From the NCBI GenBank assembly GCA_021740845.1, contig JAIOYZ010000019.1:8828-72827 (forward strand): DNA of 64,000 bases, written 5' to 3'. Each line of letters opens with the position of its first letter. Positions within the stretch are counted from its first letter, which is position 1. Of the stretch, positions 10,827 through 21,198 are shown piece after piece. The notes beneath the pieces were generated by a model. That model made no database searches. It was not told the DNA's origin and worked only from the letters and a program-made list of their open reading frames with translations. Source of the stretch: Bacteroidia bacterium (GTDB lineage: Bacteria; Bacteroidota; Bacteroidia; UKL13-3). Made by a program: the position numbers and the translations under genes.

Positions 10827-11651
10827 ATGATGACAAATAAAAAGTTAATCCGAACCACCGAAGCAGATTCAAATTATCAAAACTTGGATAGCATGAGCAC
10901 GCGGCACCTGTTAGAAAACATGAATAGTGAAGACCAAAGCGTTCCTTTAGCTGTGAATAAGGCATTGCCAAAAATTGAAAAAGCTGTTGATGCTATTTAC
11001 AAAAAAATGGCAAATGGTGGCCGGCTTTTTTATATGGGAGCTGGCACAAGCGGCAGATTGGGTGTTGTAGACGCAAGCGAATGCCCTCCAACTTATGGAG
11101 TTCCTTTTGGCTTGGTGGTTGGAATAATAGCTGGAGGAGACAAAGCCATTAGAAAAGCAGTAGAATTTGCAGAAGACGATACCGAACAAGGCTGGAAGGA
11201 TTTAGAAAAACACAAAATCACAGACAAGGATTTTGTGGTAGGAATTGCTGCTAGTGGAACAACTCCCTATGTAATTTCGGCATTGGAAAAAGCAAACGAA
11301 AATGGCATTGAAACAGGCTGCATTACCTGTAATAAAAATTCGCCTTTGGCTCAAACCGCTAAATACCCAATTGAAGTTATTGTAGGACCAGAATTTGTGA
11401 CCGGCAGTACGCGTATGAAGGCAGGTACAGCGCAAAAATTGGTTTTGAATATGATTAGCACTTCTGTAATGGTAAAACTAGGAAGAGTAAAAGGAAACAA
11501 AATGGTTGATATGAGGTTAAGTAATAATAAATTGGTGAAAAGAGGGGAAGATATGTTGGTTGCAGAATTGGGGATTACCGAGAAAAAAGCAAAAGAACTT
11601 TTAAGCAAATATGGCAGTGTGAGAAAAGCAGTTAACGCTACCAAAAAATAA
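10827..11651 (+). CDS. murQ: N-acetylmuramic acid 6-phosphate etherase MurQ (SIS domain).
   Basis: GRLFYMGAGTSGRLGVVDASECPPTYG and the C-terminal LVLNMISTSVMVKLGRV are MurQ hallmarks. The ORF track starts at 10758, but homology begins at the internal MMTNKK (10827), so the start is moved there. Confidence 0.8.
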   Translation: MMTNKKLIRTTEADSNYQNLDSMSTRHLLENMNSEDQSVPLAVNKALPKIEKAVDAIYKKMANGGRLFYMGAGTSGRLGVVDASECPPTYGVPFGLVVGIIAGGDKAIRKAVEFAEDDTEQGWKDLEKHKITDKDFVVGIAASGTTPYVISALEKANENGIETGCITCNKNSPLAQTAKYPIEVIVGPEFVTGSTRMKAGTAQKLVLNMISTSVMVKLGRVKGNKMVDMRLSNNKLVKRGEDMLVAELGITEKKAKELLSKYGSVRKAVNATKK

Positions 11652-11652
11652 A

Positions 11653-12105
11653 ATGGAATACCTATTAAAAGTTCTAAGTGTTGTGGTATGGAGTGCCATT
11701 AAATACATTGTTGGTATTGGTATGGCAATTGGATTTGGGTTCAACCAAATTGAAATATTGGTTTATACTGTTGGAGGAGGAATGCTTGGTGTTGTTTTTT
11801 ACTTGTATTTGTGGGCGCTCATTTTAAACATTTATTACCGCTATTACCCCAAGAAAAACAAGCCCATTAAATTTAGTAAGTACAAAAGAAAGTTGGTGAA
11901 ATTTATTCGAAAGTATGAAGTATGGGGTATTGCTCTTATTACGCCAATAATACTTACACCGCCTGTTGGAACCATTTTAGCCGCCACTATTGAACACAAT
12001 AAATGGCGGATAAAACTGATTATGTTAGCTTCTTTTTGTTTTTGGACACTAATTATTCTAGGATTTAAACTGCTTCTCAAAATAGATTTTGAAAAATTGT
12101 TCTGA
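11653..12105 (+). CDS. Small integral membrane protein (hypothetical).
   Basis: 150 aa with 3-4 predicted TM helices. It begins 2 nt after the murQ stop. No named family. Confidence 0.45.
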   Translation: MEYLLKVLSVVVWSAIKYIVGIGMAIGFGFNQIEILVYTVGGGMLGVVFYLYLWALILNIYYRYYPKKNKPIKFSKYKRKLVKFIRKYEVWGIALITPIILTPPVGTILAATIEHNKWRIKLIMLASFCFWTLIILGFKLLLKIDFEKLF

Positions 12106-12107
12106 CC

Positions 12108-13211
12108 CTAATTCTTCGCATTCATTGCCTTTTTAGAATCTTTATCCAATTTGGTATCATCAGGTTCTTCAAAAGGTTTGTATTGGTTATAATGACGCCA
12201 TTTGTCTATTACTTGTTGGAAATCTTCAGGCAAATCACTGTTGAAGAGAATAGTTTTCTTGCTTGCAGGGTGCACAAAGCCTAGCGATTTGGCGTGTAAA
12301 CCCTGACGAGGCATGAGTGTAAAGCAGTTTTCTACAAACTGTTTGTATCGAGTAAATGAGGTTCCTTTAACTATTTGGGCGCCACCATAAGTGCTATCAG
12401 AAAATATTGGATGACCAATACTTCTTAGGTGAACGCGAATTTGGTGTGTACGACCAGTTTCTAATTTACATTCAATTAAAGACACATAACCCAAACGCTC
12501 AATTACACGGTAATGGGTAACACTCCACTTTCCTTTTTCTGGATCGTCGTAAAGTTGAAATATTTTGCGATCGCGAGCGCTACGGCCAATATAACCAGTG
12601 ATGGTTCCTTGGTCTTCTGCTAAATCGCCCCAAACCAAAGCTTGGTAAGTTCTTTCTATGCTGTGATCAAAAAACTGTTTGGCCAAATGGGTCATTGCAA
12701 TTTCATTTTTAGCAATTACCAATATGCCAGAGGTGTTTTTATCAATGCGGTGAACTAAGCCTGGGCGAATATTTTTCTCCTCCATGAATTCATTTCCTTT
12801 TAAATGCCAAGCCAAAGCATTGACTAAGGTGCCACTAACATTGTTGTAGCCAGGATGAACAACCATTCCCGGATTTTTATTAACCAACAAAACATCATCA
12901 TCTTCGTAAATGATATTTAGAGGAATATCTTCAGGAACAATTTCTGTGTCTTTAGGAGGGGTGGGTAAAACGATGGAAATAACATCCAAAGGTTTTACTT
13001 TATAACTTGATTTAACTGGTTTTTCATTGACCAAAATGGAACCAGCATCAGCAGCAGCCTGAATTTTGGTTCGGCTAGCATTTTCCATTCGGTTCATCAA
13101 GAACTTATCAATGCGCAGCATGCTTTGGCCCTTATCCACCACTAAATGAAAGTGTTCGAACAATTCTTGCTCTTCGCTGGCGTCTATTTCTTCTTCAAAA
13201 TCTTCTTGCAT
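12108..13211 (-). CDS. rluD: RluA-family 23S rRNA pseudouridine synthase (RluD-like) with N-terminal S4 domain.
   Basis: HRIDKNTSGILVIAKN catalytic motif, S4-like N-terminus, 367 aa. Confidence 0.85.
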   Translation of the reverse strand: MQEDFEEEIDASEEQELFEHFHLVVDKGQSMLRIDKFLMNRMENASRTKIQAAADAGSILVNEKPVKSSYKVKPLDVISIVLPTPPKDTEIVPEDIPLNIIYEDDDVLLVNKNPGMVVHPGYNNVSGTLVNALAWHLKGNEFMEEKNIRPGLVHRIDKNTSGILVIAKNEIAMTHLAKQFFDHSIERTYQALVWGDLAEDQGTITGYIGRSARDRKIFQLYDDPEKGKWSVTHYRVIERLGYVSLIECKLETGRTHQIRVHLRSIGHPIFSDSTYGGAQIVKGTSFTRYKQFVENCFTLMPRQGLHAKSLGFVHPASKKTILFNSDLPEDFQQVIDKWRHYNQYKPFEEPDDTKLDKDSKKAMNAKN

Positions 13212-13227
13212 AGTTTACAAAGATACT

Positions 13228-13262
13228 CACTAAAAACAAGAATAGGAGCCGAGGCTCCCATT
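13228..13262 (-). terminator. Rho-independent terminator downstream of the small PASTA-like gene.
   Basis: On the minus strand the sequence reads caagaatgggagcctcggctcctattcttg followed by TTTTT. Confidence 0.5.
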
Positions 13263-13343
13263 CTTGCGTAATCAATCAAATCTTCGCTGCTTTACCACAA
13301 ACAACGAAACTTAAAATATGGCAACAAGCAATAAATTTCTTTA

Positions 13344-13700
13344 TTAATTGTCGTTAACATTTAAGTCGAAACTTAAAAGCGAACCTTCCTCTTTTGGAGT
13401 TTCAGAAGCGGTTTCAATTGCCGTTGGCATAAATACTTCTTTGGGTTCTACTTTTTTAGCAGCGGTAGGTTTAGGTTTAATTAAATCTCCCATTCCAGCT
13501 ACTTCAATTTTGTTTTCTTTGGCGAACATTCCTAAAGCGATGGCTTGTTTTATCCCGCCAACGTTCACTTCTATTTCAAAATCATCGTTTGAAATTGCTC
13601 TTGGGCTTACTGTAAAACCAACTCGTTGATCTAGACAATAGTCTAATAAAACTTGAATATTTTTGCGTTTACTTAATAATACTGGTGTTTCTTCTGCCAT
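13344..13700 (-). CDS. Small PASTA-like domain protein (hypothetical).
   Basis: 118 aa ORF immediately upstream of rluD on the same strand. The pairing of a small PASTA-domain protein with rluD is recurrent in Bacteroidota. The domain call is from memory of composition and size only. Confidence 0.4.
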   Translation of the reverse strand: MAEETPVLLSKRKNIQVLLDYCLDQRVGFTVSPRAISNDDFEIEVNVGGIKQAIALGMFAKENKIEVAGMGDLIKPKPTAAKKVEPKEVFMPTAIETASETPKEEGSLLSFDLNVNDN

Positions 13701-13896
13701 AAAAAATTCTCCTATTTTGAGGTTGTAAAATTACAAAATCTCATCCATTTTGAAGGTTAAGAATTCACTAAAAAGAGGTAAAGTTTTCCATGGTTTTCAA
13801 CCTCAGGCAGATAAAAGTTAATAAGAGGTGAATAAGTGAGTTTCTGGGAAAAATCCCAAAATGAAATTACAATTCAAGAATCTGATAATGTGTAGA

Positions 13897-16275
13897 TTAT
13901 CTCAGCAAAGTAAAATTCCCAGATTGGGTTTTATTGGAACCATCCCAACCTGTATAGTTCAAAATGTAAAAATAAACATCCTCTTGGGAAGCTTGCCCAT
14001 TTACTTTCCCATCCCAAGGTTCATTTTTGTTATCGGTTTTAAATACAAGTTGCCCCCAACGATTGTAAATATCTATATGAAAGTCTTTTACAAACACAGG
14101 CACCCATTTAAATTCATCGTTTAAGCCATCTCCATTGGCAGTAAATGCATTTGGCGCATAAACAATTGGTGGCTGATAAAGAGAAATGGTATTGGATTGC
14201 GATTCTGCATCAAAGAAAGGAGCAATATTTTGATCAAAGGCTTGCTTGGCGATGACATAATAATAGAACAGACCTTCATTAAAATTTAGCTTGTCATCTA
14301 AATAAGTTCCAGCAGTATCTTGTTTCCCAATTTGAGTAAACGGATTACTTGGGTCGCTTCTAAAAATCTGGTATTCCTTTGTGCCCTCGCGCCATCCAGT
14401 ATAGCTTTGGTATTTAAGGTTACTCATATATTTCAAGGCCTTACCTGTTAATACTATGGAACAAGAGATATAACCAACCGGCCCAATATTATCACAGGTA
14501 TCTTTCATTACTAAATGGTAGCAATAAGAAGTGTCCATCACGTTAACTGCCCGGTCTGTATATTTAATATCGTTTACATTTTCAAAAACACCGATTTGAT
14601 CAAACTTATTTTGTCCATAAATACCTTTATACAAGAAATACTTTGCAAAATCCTTTTCCAAAGAAGCTGGCCATTCCAATTCCAAATGGTCATTATCTAC
14701 CACAGTAACATATTTAAGACATTGCTTTTGAGGAATAAATTCTAATTGTTCGAAAGTAGAAAGTGTATCAGATGTTGGACCCAAATTGCCACATTTATTT
14801 ACCCCTCTCATGAAATAAGTATAATTAATTACATCGTAATCTGGCGTATTTGGATCATGAAAAAGGCGTTGCTTTTTATCATAAATTGTATCAATTACTT
14901 CAAAATTCTGATAATTGATTCCTCTAAAAATTAAATATTTGTCAAATGAGGGGTCATTGGGGTCTGTTGAGTCTCCAAAATATACAAAGGTTTCCTCTTT
15001 ATTTAATAAGGTCATGCAAAGCAAATCAGTTGAATTCACTAAAGGCATTGGAATAAACTTTACCCAGAACTTAGAAGTAGCATTTCTTGGAAGTGGGCAA
15101 CCATTATCCGTTACAAAAACATAAAATGGAACACTTTTGCCAAGCTTTTCTAATTGGCAATCGCTTTGCCAACAAATTGTGGTTTCAACAAACTTATAAC
15201 CTACAGATAGCGTATCATAAATGGGGTGATTTTGAAAAATAGTATCAATTGAATCAGAAGTAATTCTCATATATAAGGAATCACTTGGATCAATTCCTCT
15301 AATTTTAAAACAAGCTTTCTCAGGAATTTGGATTTCAACTGTATCTACTAATAAAATTTGATCATTAATAGTTAAAACGCTAGCTATTGGGGGATTGTTA
15401 GGACAAACCGTTACGGTAAATTGTAATTCCAAACGCGCCTCTCCTATTTTAACTCCAAACCGGTATTCTTCCACACGAATACTCGCCACATAAATTCCAG
15501 GACTACTAGGGTTACAAGAGAGCAAGCCGGTAACAGGATCAATATTCATGGGCACAGTTCCATCTATTGGACCAGCGTTGCTAAAACCATTACGGTAAAC
15601 TACATTGGGATAAGGACCTGCAAATGCGGTAGGACTAAATGGGTTATTCCTATCCAATAATCCATTAATAGGGTCAATCAAGGAGTATTTCAACTCATCT
15701 CCATCATCGTCAACAAAACCTAAATTGTATTGAAACAAATTGTTTACACAAAGTAATGTATTTGGGTTATTGGTATAACGAGGTGTGCTATTTTTTACAG
15801 TTTTTAAATTAGGAACCTCGGTATAAAGCGTCATCGAAGCATCACCAGGGTTTATAATATTATTGATGATTCCATTCCTGCAACACCTTTGCCAACTTAA
15901 ATAATAACCATTATTACTATTGTAAGTATTGGAATTCAAGATAATATTCTGAGAATAGGTTCCAATATGTGTGCAACCAGTAATAATATTAGCACAATTA
16001 GTCCCTGTTAATTTTAAGGTATCATCATTAATTTTAGAGAAGGCTAAATTAAACTGTGCTTTTTTGATGTGCGTTACTTTTTCAAAAATCCCAACCGCTA
16101 TTGTCCCATCAAAATAGGCATTTGGTGATCCATTTTCACAATCACGGATAATGTGAACTGTTAAATTATAACTATCACCTCCCAACCATTTTAACTCAAT
16201 TATGCCTCCCACCAAATGGGTAGCACCTGCCCAAAATGGCAAAAATAACAGCAATATGAGTTTTAATTGTTTCAA
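13897..16275 (-). CDS. Secreted protein with T9SS type-B C-terminal sorting domain (gliding-motility-associated C-terminal domain).
   Basis: Signal peptide MKQLKLILLLFLPFWAGA. The C-terminus NAFTANGDGLNDEFKWVPVFVKDFHIDIYNRWGQLVFKTD...WDGKVNGQ matches the type-B CTD consensus (NaFTPNGDGiND...WDG). 792 aa. Confidence 0.75.
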   Translation of the reverse strand: MKQLKLILLLFLPFWAGATHLVGGIIELKWLGGDSYNLTVHIIRDCENGSPNAYFDGTIAVGIFEKVTHIKKAQFNLAFSKINDDTLKLTGTNCANIITGCTHIGTYSQNIILNSNTYNSNNGYYLSWQRCCRNGIINNIINPGDASMTLYTEVPNLKTVKNSTPRYTNNPNTLLCVNNLFQYNLGFVDDDGDELKYSLIDPINGLLDRNNPFSPTAFAGPYPNVVYRNGFSNAGPIDGTVPMNIDPVTGLLSCNPSSPGIYVASIRVEEYRFGVKIGEARLELQFTVTVCPNNPPIASVLTINDQILLVDTVEIQIPEKACFKIRGIDPSDSLYMRITSDSIDTIFQNHPIYDTLSVGYKFVETTICWQSDCQLEKLGKSVPFYVFVTDNGCPLPRNATSKFWVKFIPMPLVNSTDLLCMTLLNKEETFVYFGDSTDPNDPSFDKYLIFRGINYQNFEVIDTIYDKKQRLFHDPNTPDYDVINYTYFMRGVNKCGNLGPTSDTLSTFEQLEFIPQKQCLKYVTVVDNDHLELEWPASLEKDFAKYFLYKGIYGQNKFDQIGVFENVNDIKYTDRAVNVMDTSYCYHLVMKDTCDNIGPVGYISCSIVLTGKALKYMSNLKYQSYTGWREGTKEYQIFRSDPSNPFTQIGKQDTAGTYLDDKLNFNEGLFYYYVIAKQAFDQNIAPFFDAESQSNTISLYQPPIVYAPNAFTANGDGLNDEFKWVPVFVKDFHIDIYNRWGQLVFKTDNKNEPWDGKVNGQASQEDVYFYILNYTGWDGSNKTQSGNFTLLR

Positions 16276-16402
16276 GTATAAATCAATAATACACTTTTAG
16301 GCTTAGTAAATTCAATTACAAGTAACATATTTTACCATTGATTTACAAATACCAAAAGTAAATATTTCAAGATTAAATGTACATAAAAACTAATTTTGGG
16401 GC

Positions 16403-16822
16403 ATGATTCAATTGAACAAAAGTAAATTTGAAACCTTATTGCAAATCCGCCCCGACGATATAGACATGAACCAACATGTGCATAGCAGTAAGTACATGGA
16501 CTATGTTTTAGCTGCTCGTTTCGACCAAATGGAGCGCTGTTATAAAATGCCCATGAGTGAATTTATGGCACATGGATTTGGCTGGGTTATTAGAAATACC
16601 TTTATGGAATTTAAACGCCCTTTAATTTTAGGTGATGCCATTTTGGTTCAAACCTATATTGATGAAATGCAAAAAGACGGAGTAAAAGTGCATTTCGAAA
16701 TTATTAAAACCAAAAACAATAAGGTAGCTTGCTCGGGATATTTTAATTATACCATGATTGATATGAAATCCGGTAGAGCAGCCGAAATTCCTGAGTGGAT
16801 TGCTCTTCGGTATTCTATTTAA
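16403..16822 (+). CDS. Acyl-CoA thioesterase, hotdog fold (YbgC/4-HBT-like).
   Basis: 139 aa, thioesterase-superfamily layout (IRPDDIDMNQHVHSSKYMDYVLAARF). Confidence 0.7.
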   Translation: MIQLNKSKFETLLQIRPDDIDMNQHVHSSKYMDYVLAARFDQMERCYKMPMSEFMAHGFGWVIRNTFMEFKRPLILGDAILVQTYIDEMQKDGVKVHFEIIKTKNNKVACSGYFNYTMIDMKSGRAAEIPEWIALRYSI

Positions 16823-16849
16823 TTTTGGTTCGAACCAAACCCATAAAAA

Positions 16850-17320
16850 ATGAACAATAACGATATACTACGCCAATTACGCTATACATTTAACATTAAC
16901 GATACCAAAATGATGGACTTGTTTTTAGCAGGTGGCCTTGAGGCAACTAGAGCTGAAATTAGCGATTGGATGAAAAAAGAGGAAGACCCAGAATTTAAAT
17001 CTTTGGTAGATGTAAATATGGCAGCCTTTTTAAACGGGTTCATCATTGATAAGCGCGGTAAAAAAGATGGTCCGGCACCAGTTTTAGAAAAACGCTTAAA
17101 CAATAATACCATACTTAGAAAACTTAAAATTGCCTTGAACCTAAAGGATGACGATATGTTGGCGATTTTAAAATTAGTAGATTTTAATTTTAGCAAACAC
17201 GAACTCAGCGCATTTTTTAGAAATCCTAGTCAGGAACAATACCGTCTTTGCAAGGACCAAGTTTTAAGGAATTTTCTCCATGGCATGCAATTGAAATACC
17301 GAGGAAAGGGAGATAAATAA
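16850..17320 (+). CDS. DUF1456 (YehS-like) family protein.
   Basis: Duplicated NNDILRQLRYTFNIND / NNTILRKLKIALNLKDDDM halves are typical of DUF1456. Confidence 0.65.
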   Translation: MNNNDILRQLRYTFNINDTKMMDLFLAGGLEATRAEISDWMKKEEDPEFKSLVDVNMAAFLNGFIIDKRGKKDGPAPVLEKRLNNNTILRKLKIALNLKDDDMLAILKLVDFNFSKHELSAFFRNPSQEQYRLCKDQVLRNFLHGMQLKYRGKGDK

Positions 17321-17390
17321 GTTTATTAGTAAATAAAAAAAACATCGGTTTGAACCAAAACAAAGTTGCAGGAAAATACTTTTTGATAAA

Positions 17391-18851
17391 TTGCGTTTGA
17401 ATTACCTGTTGACAGAAACACTTACATTTGCGAGCTTGAAAAAAATATTACATTATCTATTTATCCTAATTGGATTGGCATTTATACTGCAAAGCTGCCG
17501 TAAAAACGACACGTTTACTGGAAATCCTGTTCAATTAAATTTTTCAACAGATACTATTTTCTTTGATACTATTTTTTCAAAATTGGGTAATAACCCAAAT
17601 TCTCCACGCAGTATAACTTTACAAGTAAGAGTAAGTAACCCAGATAAAAATGCTGTAAAAACCAATATTTCGTTAGCAGGAAATTTCTATGGTATCTTTA
17701 AAATGAATGTGGATGGAAAAGCTGGAACCACTTTTAAGGATGTAGAAATTAGAGGTCAAGACAGTATTTACATTTTTGTTCAAGCTTATATCGATCAAGT
17801 TGGAAGCAATACACCATTTATTGTAACAGATCAAATTTTGTTTGAAACCAATGGAAACAAACAAGATGTAGATTTGGTAGCTTGGGCACAAGATGCCAAT
17901 TATTTCCAAAATGAAGTTTTGGATTGTGGCACTGGAAATTTATTATGGACTAGCGATAAACCTTATGTTATTTACGATTCTATTTTAGTAAAAAAAGGAT
18001 GTACTCTTACTATAGAAGCGGGAACGCAAATACATAATTATAACCAAAGTTGTATTTTGGTTGAAGGCACCTTGATTGTAAATGGAACAACAGATAAACC
18101 CGTAGTTTTTCAAGGAAGCAGGCTAGATGATGAGTATAAAGAAGTGGCGGGACAATGGATTGGAATTAGGATTTTATCAGGAAGTTCAGGAAATATCATT
18201 ACAGGAGCTATTATAAAAAACGCTTATATAGGAATTGAAGTAGATTCTATGCCAACATTTGGGACTTATGGTTTGGTTTTAAAGCAGAGTATTATAAAGA
18301 ATATGAGTGCATGTGGTTTATTAAATTATACAGGTAAAATTTATGCTGAGAATAATTTAATAGCCAATACAGGCTTATATACTTTTATTGGTGAGTTAGG
18401 CGGAACCTATACTTTGATTCACAATACCTTTTCGGCACAGAGCCAAGTTTCTGGAAGAAAAGACCCAAGTTTTTATTTGAGTAATGCACCAGGTAGAGAC
18501 AATTCTGGAAATGTAGTTTATAAATTTCCATTGATTTTTGAAGTAAGAAATAATATTATTTATGGAACTTTAGATGATGAATTATTGATAAACCAAGATC
18601 CTGATGGAATTCCAATTTCTTCTCCCATTTTAACCAATTGCTTAATTAAAACGAAGGATTTAACCTTAGCTACTAATGGTAATATTTTAAATAAGGACCC
18701 CAAATTTAAAAGCGTTTCTCAAGGGGATTTTGATTTAGAAAACAATTCACCTTGCGCCAATACAGGCGTTCAAGTTAATATTCTATTGGATTTAAAAAGT
18801 AGGAACAGAAACACAAATGCGCCAAGTATTGGAGCCTATGAAGTTCAATAG
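17391..18851 (+). CDS. Lipoprotein with right-handed parallel beta-helix repeats (hypothetical).
   Basis: TTG start per ORF track. Lipobox LAFILQSC. Repeated NxxIxNxxIGIEVD-type beta-helix repeats (IKNAYIGIEVD). Confidence 0.5.
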   Translation: MRLNYLLTETLTFASLKKILHYLFILIGLAFILQSCRKNDTFTGNPVQLNFSTDTIFFDTIFSKLGNNPNSPRSITLQVRVSNPDKNAVKTNISLAGNFYGIFKMNVDGKAGTTFKDVEIRGQDSIYIFVQAYIDQVGSNTPFIVTDQILFETNGNKQDVDLVAWAQDANYFQNEVLDCGTGNLLWTSDKPYVIYDSILVKKGCTLTIEAGTQIHNYNQSCILVEGTLIVNGTTDKPVVFQGSRLDDEYKEVAGQWIGIRILSGSSGNIITGAIIKNAYIGIEVDSMPTFGTYGLVLKQSIIKNMSACGLLNYTGKIYAENNLIANTGLYTFIGELGGTYTLIHNTFSAQSQVSGRKDPSFYLSNAPGRDNSGNVVYKFPLIFEVRNNIIYGTLDDELLINQDPDGIPISSPILTNCLIKTKDLTLATNGNILNKDPKFKSVSQGDFDLENNSPCANTGVQVNILLDLKSRNRNTNAPSIGAYEVQ

Positions 18852-18919
18852 TTTAGCTATTTATTTTTAGTCAATTCAAAAAATCTTCTTGCACAATCTT
18901 CTAGTATAATTAGATTTGC

Positions 18920-19125
18920 CATGCTTTAGGTTGAAGTGTGTGAAAGAGAAATTTTTTACCATTTCATTAAAAGGGAACCAAGTGTAAATCTTGGACAGTA
19001 CCCGCTGCTGTAAGCACCGAATGGTTGTTACCATTCATTTCTTATCTCCTACAACGTCACTTTCTACTTAAATGTAGATGGGAAGACAAAGATAAGAAGG
19101 TGTAAGTCAGAAGACCTGCCAAAGT
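18920..19125 (+). ncRNA. Cobalamin (AdoCbl) riboswitch in the 5' leader of the btuB-like receptor gene.
   Basis: Conserved core AAAGGGAACCAAGTGTAAATCTTGGACAGTACCCGCTGCTGTAAGC (18957-19005) and B12 box GTAAGTCAGAAGACCTGCC (19092-19110). It is directly upstream of a TonB-dependent receptor, the canonical genomic context. Confidence 0.8.
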
Positions 19126-19172
19126 AATTAATCAACATGGCTTTCGGGAAGAAGAGCTAGGAGAACCAAGTC

Positions 19173-21197
19173 TTGCACATTGCATTATTTGCACCTCTAT
19201 TCTTTTGCCCGTGCCTCAAATTTTATGAATTGAGACAGTTAGTTTTGGGTATGTTTTTTCTTGTTTTGGGCAATAGTATATTGCTTAAAGACTCGCATGC
19301 GCAAACTAAATCAGCAATTAAAATTGGATCAAACCAAATTGACAGCAGCAAAACATTAGCGCCTTTACAAATAAATGGAATAAGGTATCCGCATTTTTTT
19401 ACGGGCTCCAAATTTTCACTGCTTGATAGCAATTCTATGGCCTTGTACCAGCAACAAAACCTATCAGATTTATTGATGAACCAAAGCATGATTTTTATTA
19501 AATCGTATGGAGGAGGAATGTTGGCGAGCCCTGGTTTTAGAGGAGGAAATGCCAACCACACTGCAGTATTGTGGAATGGTTTCAATTTACAAAGTCCTAT
19601 GAATGGCCAAGTAGATTTGGCAACTATTCCCAGTTTTCTAATTGAAGGTGTGGCTATTCAATATGGTAGTCCTGCAGCCTTATTTGGCACAGGAAATATT
19701 GGAGGAGCAGTGCATTTGTTATCGGATGAAACAAAAGAAAAAGGTTTTGTTACCAAGTTATTATTGGGCACAGGAAGCAATGCTGCGTATACAGGAGGGG
19801 CAAAAATTTTCTTGACCCAAAAGAAATTTAGGATGCAACAAAAAGTTTACTGGCAACAAGCAGAAAACAACTATGCCTACAAAGCATTTGACCAATTGCA
19901 ACCTCAGGCAGGAAATACTGTTTCGGCCAAAGATTTGCAAAAGCTTAAAATGCAAAACGCTGCGCTATCAACCGTAGCTTGGGTTCAAGGCTATCAATAT
20001 GTATTCGGTTTGAACCAAAATATTGGGTTAAATACATGGGTTCAGAAAAATGAAAGAGAATTGCCAGTACCGCTACATGGAAGCAATACGCATGCAAAAC
20101 AAAGCGATGTAACAAATAAAATTTTGATGGACTATCACTTAAAAAAATCTATTTATGAAATGCAGGCCAGATATGGTTATTTCTATGATATGGTGGAATA
20201 CCAAGATGATAATTCTGAAATTAGTAAAAGTGTTTCTCATAAACATACAGCCTATTTAGATAATTTTATTTACCAAGGAAATCATCATTTGCAAATGAGT
20301 GGAATGATGCAAGCAACACAAGCCAATTTAAATACTGTTGCCAATACCTGGAACCAGAAATTAATTGCTGTTTACGCTACCTATAAACGTTCACATTTCG
20401 AGAAATTATTTCAGCACCAAATATCTTTACGACAAGAGTGGGTGAATGGAAAACCTATTCCTTTAATGCCATCTTATGGATTCAATATCCATATTCATAA
20501 AAGCACAAGTGTTTATGGAAATGTTGCTAGAAGTTATAGGTTACCAACTTTTAATGATTTGTACTGGCCAGAAATGGGCAATCCTAATTTGGAAGCTGAA
20601 CATGGATGGAATGAAGAAATAACGCTCGCCAACTATATTTCTGTAAAAGGCGTTTTGGTTCAAACCGCCCTTACTGTTTTTAACAAAACCATACAAGATT
20701 GGATTTTATGGGTGCCAAAAGGCGGCAATTTAAGTACACCCATGAATGTTTACCAAGTTTGGAGCAGAGGTGTGGAATTGGACTGGAAAATGCAGAAAAC
20801 AAATGGCAACTTATTGCTAAAATTTGGAGGCCTACATGATTATACTTTAGCAAGTCCAGAGGCTAGCCATTTGGTGCAAGATGAATCTATTGGAAAGCAA
20901 TTAATATATACTCCAAAAATAAAGAACCAATTGCAAGTAACTGGCATTTATAAGAAAACTAGTTTGGCCTATTTCTTTCATTATATAGGAACTCGATATG
21001 TTAGCTCCGACCATAGTAATTGGCTGGATCCATATACGTTTAGCACCTTATCTGTTTCGCATGCATTTGCAGTTAAGAAAAAACAAGGTACAGTTCAATT
21101 TTTACTCAATAATTTATTTAACCAAACGTATCAAATTATGGTGAATAGACCTATGCCTTTAATTCAATATCAAATCAATTTAAACTTAACTATCTAA
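19173..21197 (+). CDS. btuB: TonB-dependent outer-membrane receptor, BtuB-like (vitamin B12 transporter), riboswitch-controlled.
   Basis: Plug domain (IFIKSYGGGMLASPGFRGGNANHTAVLWNGFNLQSPMNG...GVAIQYGSPAALFGTGNIGGAVHL) and a ~600-aa barrel, with the cobalamin riboswitch upstream. The true start is probably the internal MFFLVLGNSILLKDSHAQ signal peptide (~19251). Confidence 0.85.
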   Translation: MHIALFAPLFFCPCLKFYELRQLVLGMFFLVLGNSILLKDSHAQTKSAIKIGSNQIDSSKTLAPLQINGIRYPHFFTGSKFSLLDSNSMALYQQQNLSDLLMNQSMIFIKSYGGGMLASPGFRGGNANHTAVLWNGFNLQSPMNGQVDLATIPSFLIEGVAIQYGSPAALFGTGNIGGAVHLLSDETKEKGFVTKLLLGTGSNAAYTGGAKIFLTQKKFRMQQKVYWQQAENNYAYKAFDQLQPQAGNTVSAKDLQKLKMQNAALSTVAWVQGYQYVFGLNQNIGLNTWVQKNERELPVPLHGSNTHAKQSDVTNKILMDYHLKKSIYEMQARYGYFYDMVEYQDDNSEISKSVSHKHTAYLDNFIYQGNHHLQMSGMMQATQANLNTVANTWNQKLIAVYATYKRSHFEKLFQHQISLRQEWVNGKPIPLMPSYGFNIHIHKSTSVYGNVARSYRLPTFNDLYWPEMGNPNLEAEHGWNEEITLANYISVKGVLVQTALTVFNKTIQDWILWVPKGGNLSTPMNVYQVWSRGVELDWKMQKTNGNLLLKFGGLHDYTLASPEASHLVQDESIGKQLIYTPKIKNQLQVTGIYKKTSLAYFFHYIGTRYVSSDHSNWLDPYTFSTLSVSHAFAVKKKQGTVQFLLNNLFNQTYQIMVNRPMPLIQYQINLNLTI

Positions 21198-21198
21198 T

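Noticed and set aside
16815-16845. tRNA gene suggested by the T-arm-like GGTTCGAACC / GGTTCAAACC strings.
   Set aside because: The motif resembles a T-stem-loop (GGTTCRANTCC) but is one nucleotide short. None of the ~30 copies has an acceptor stem, D-arm or anticodon arm context. No cloverleaf can be drawn.
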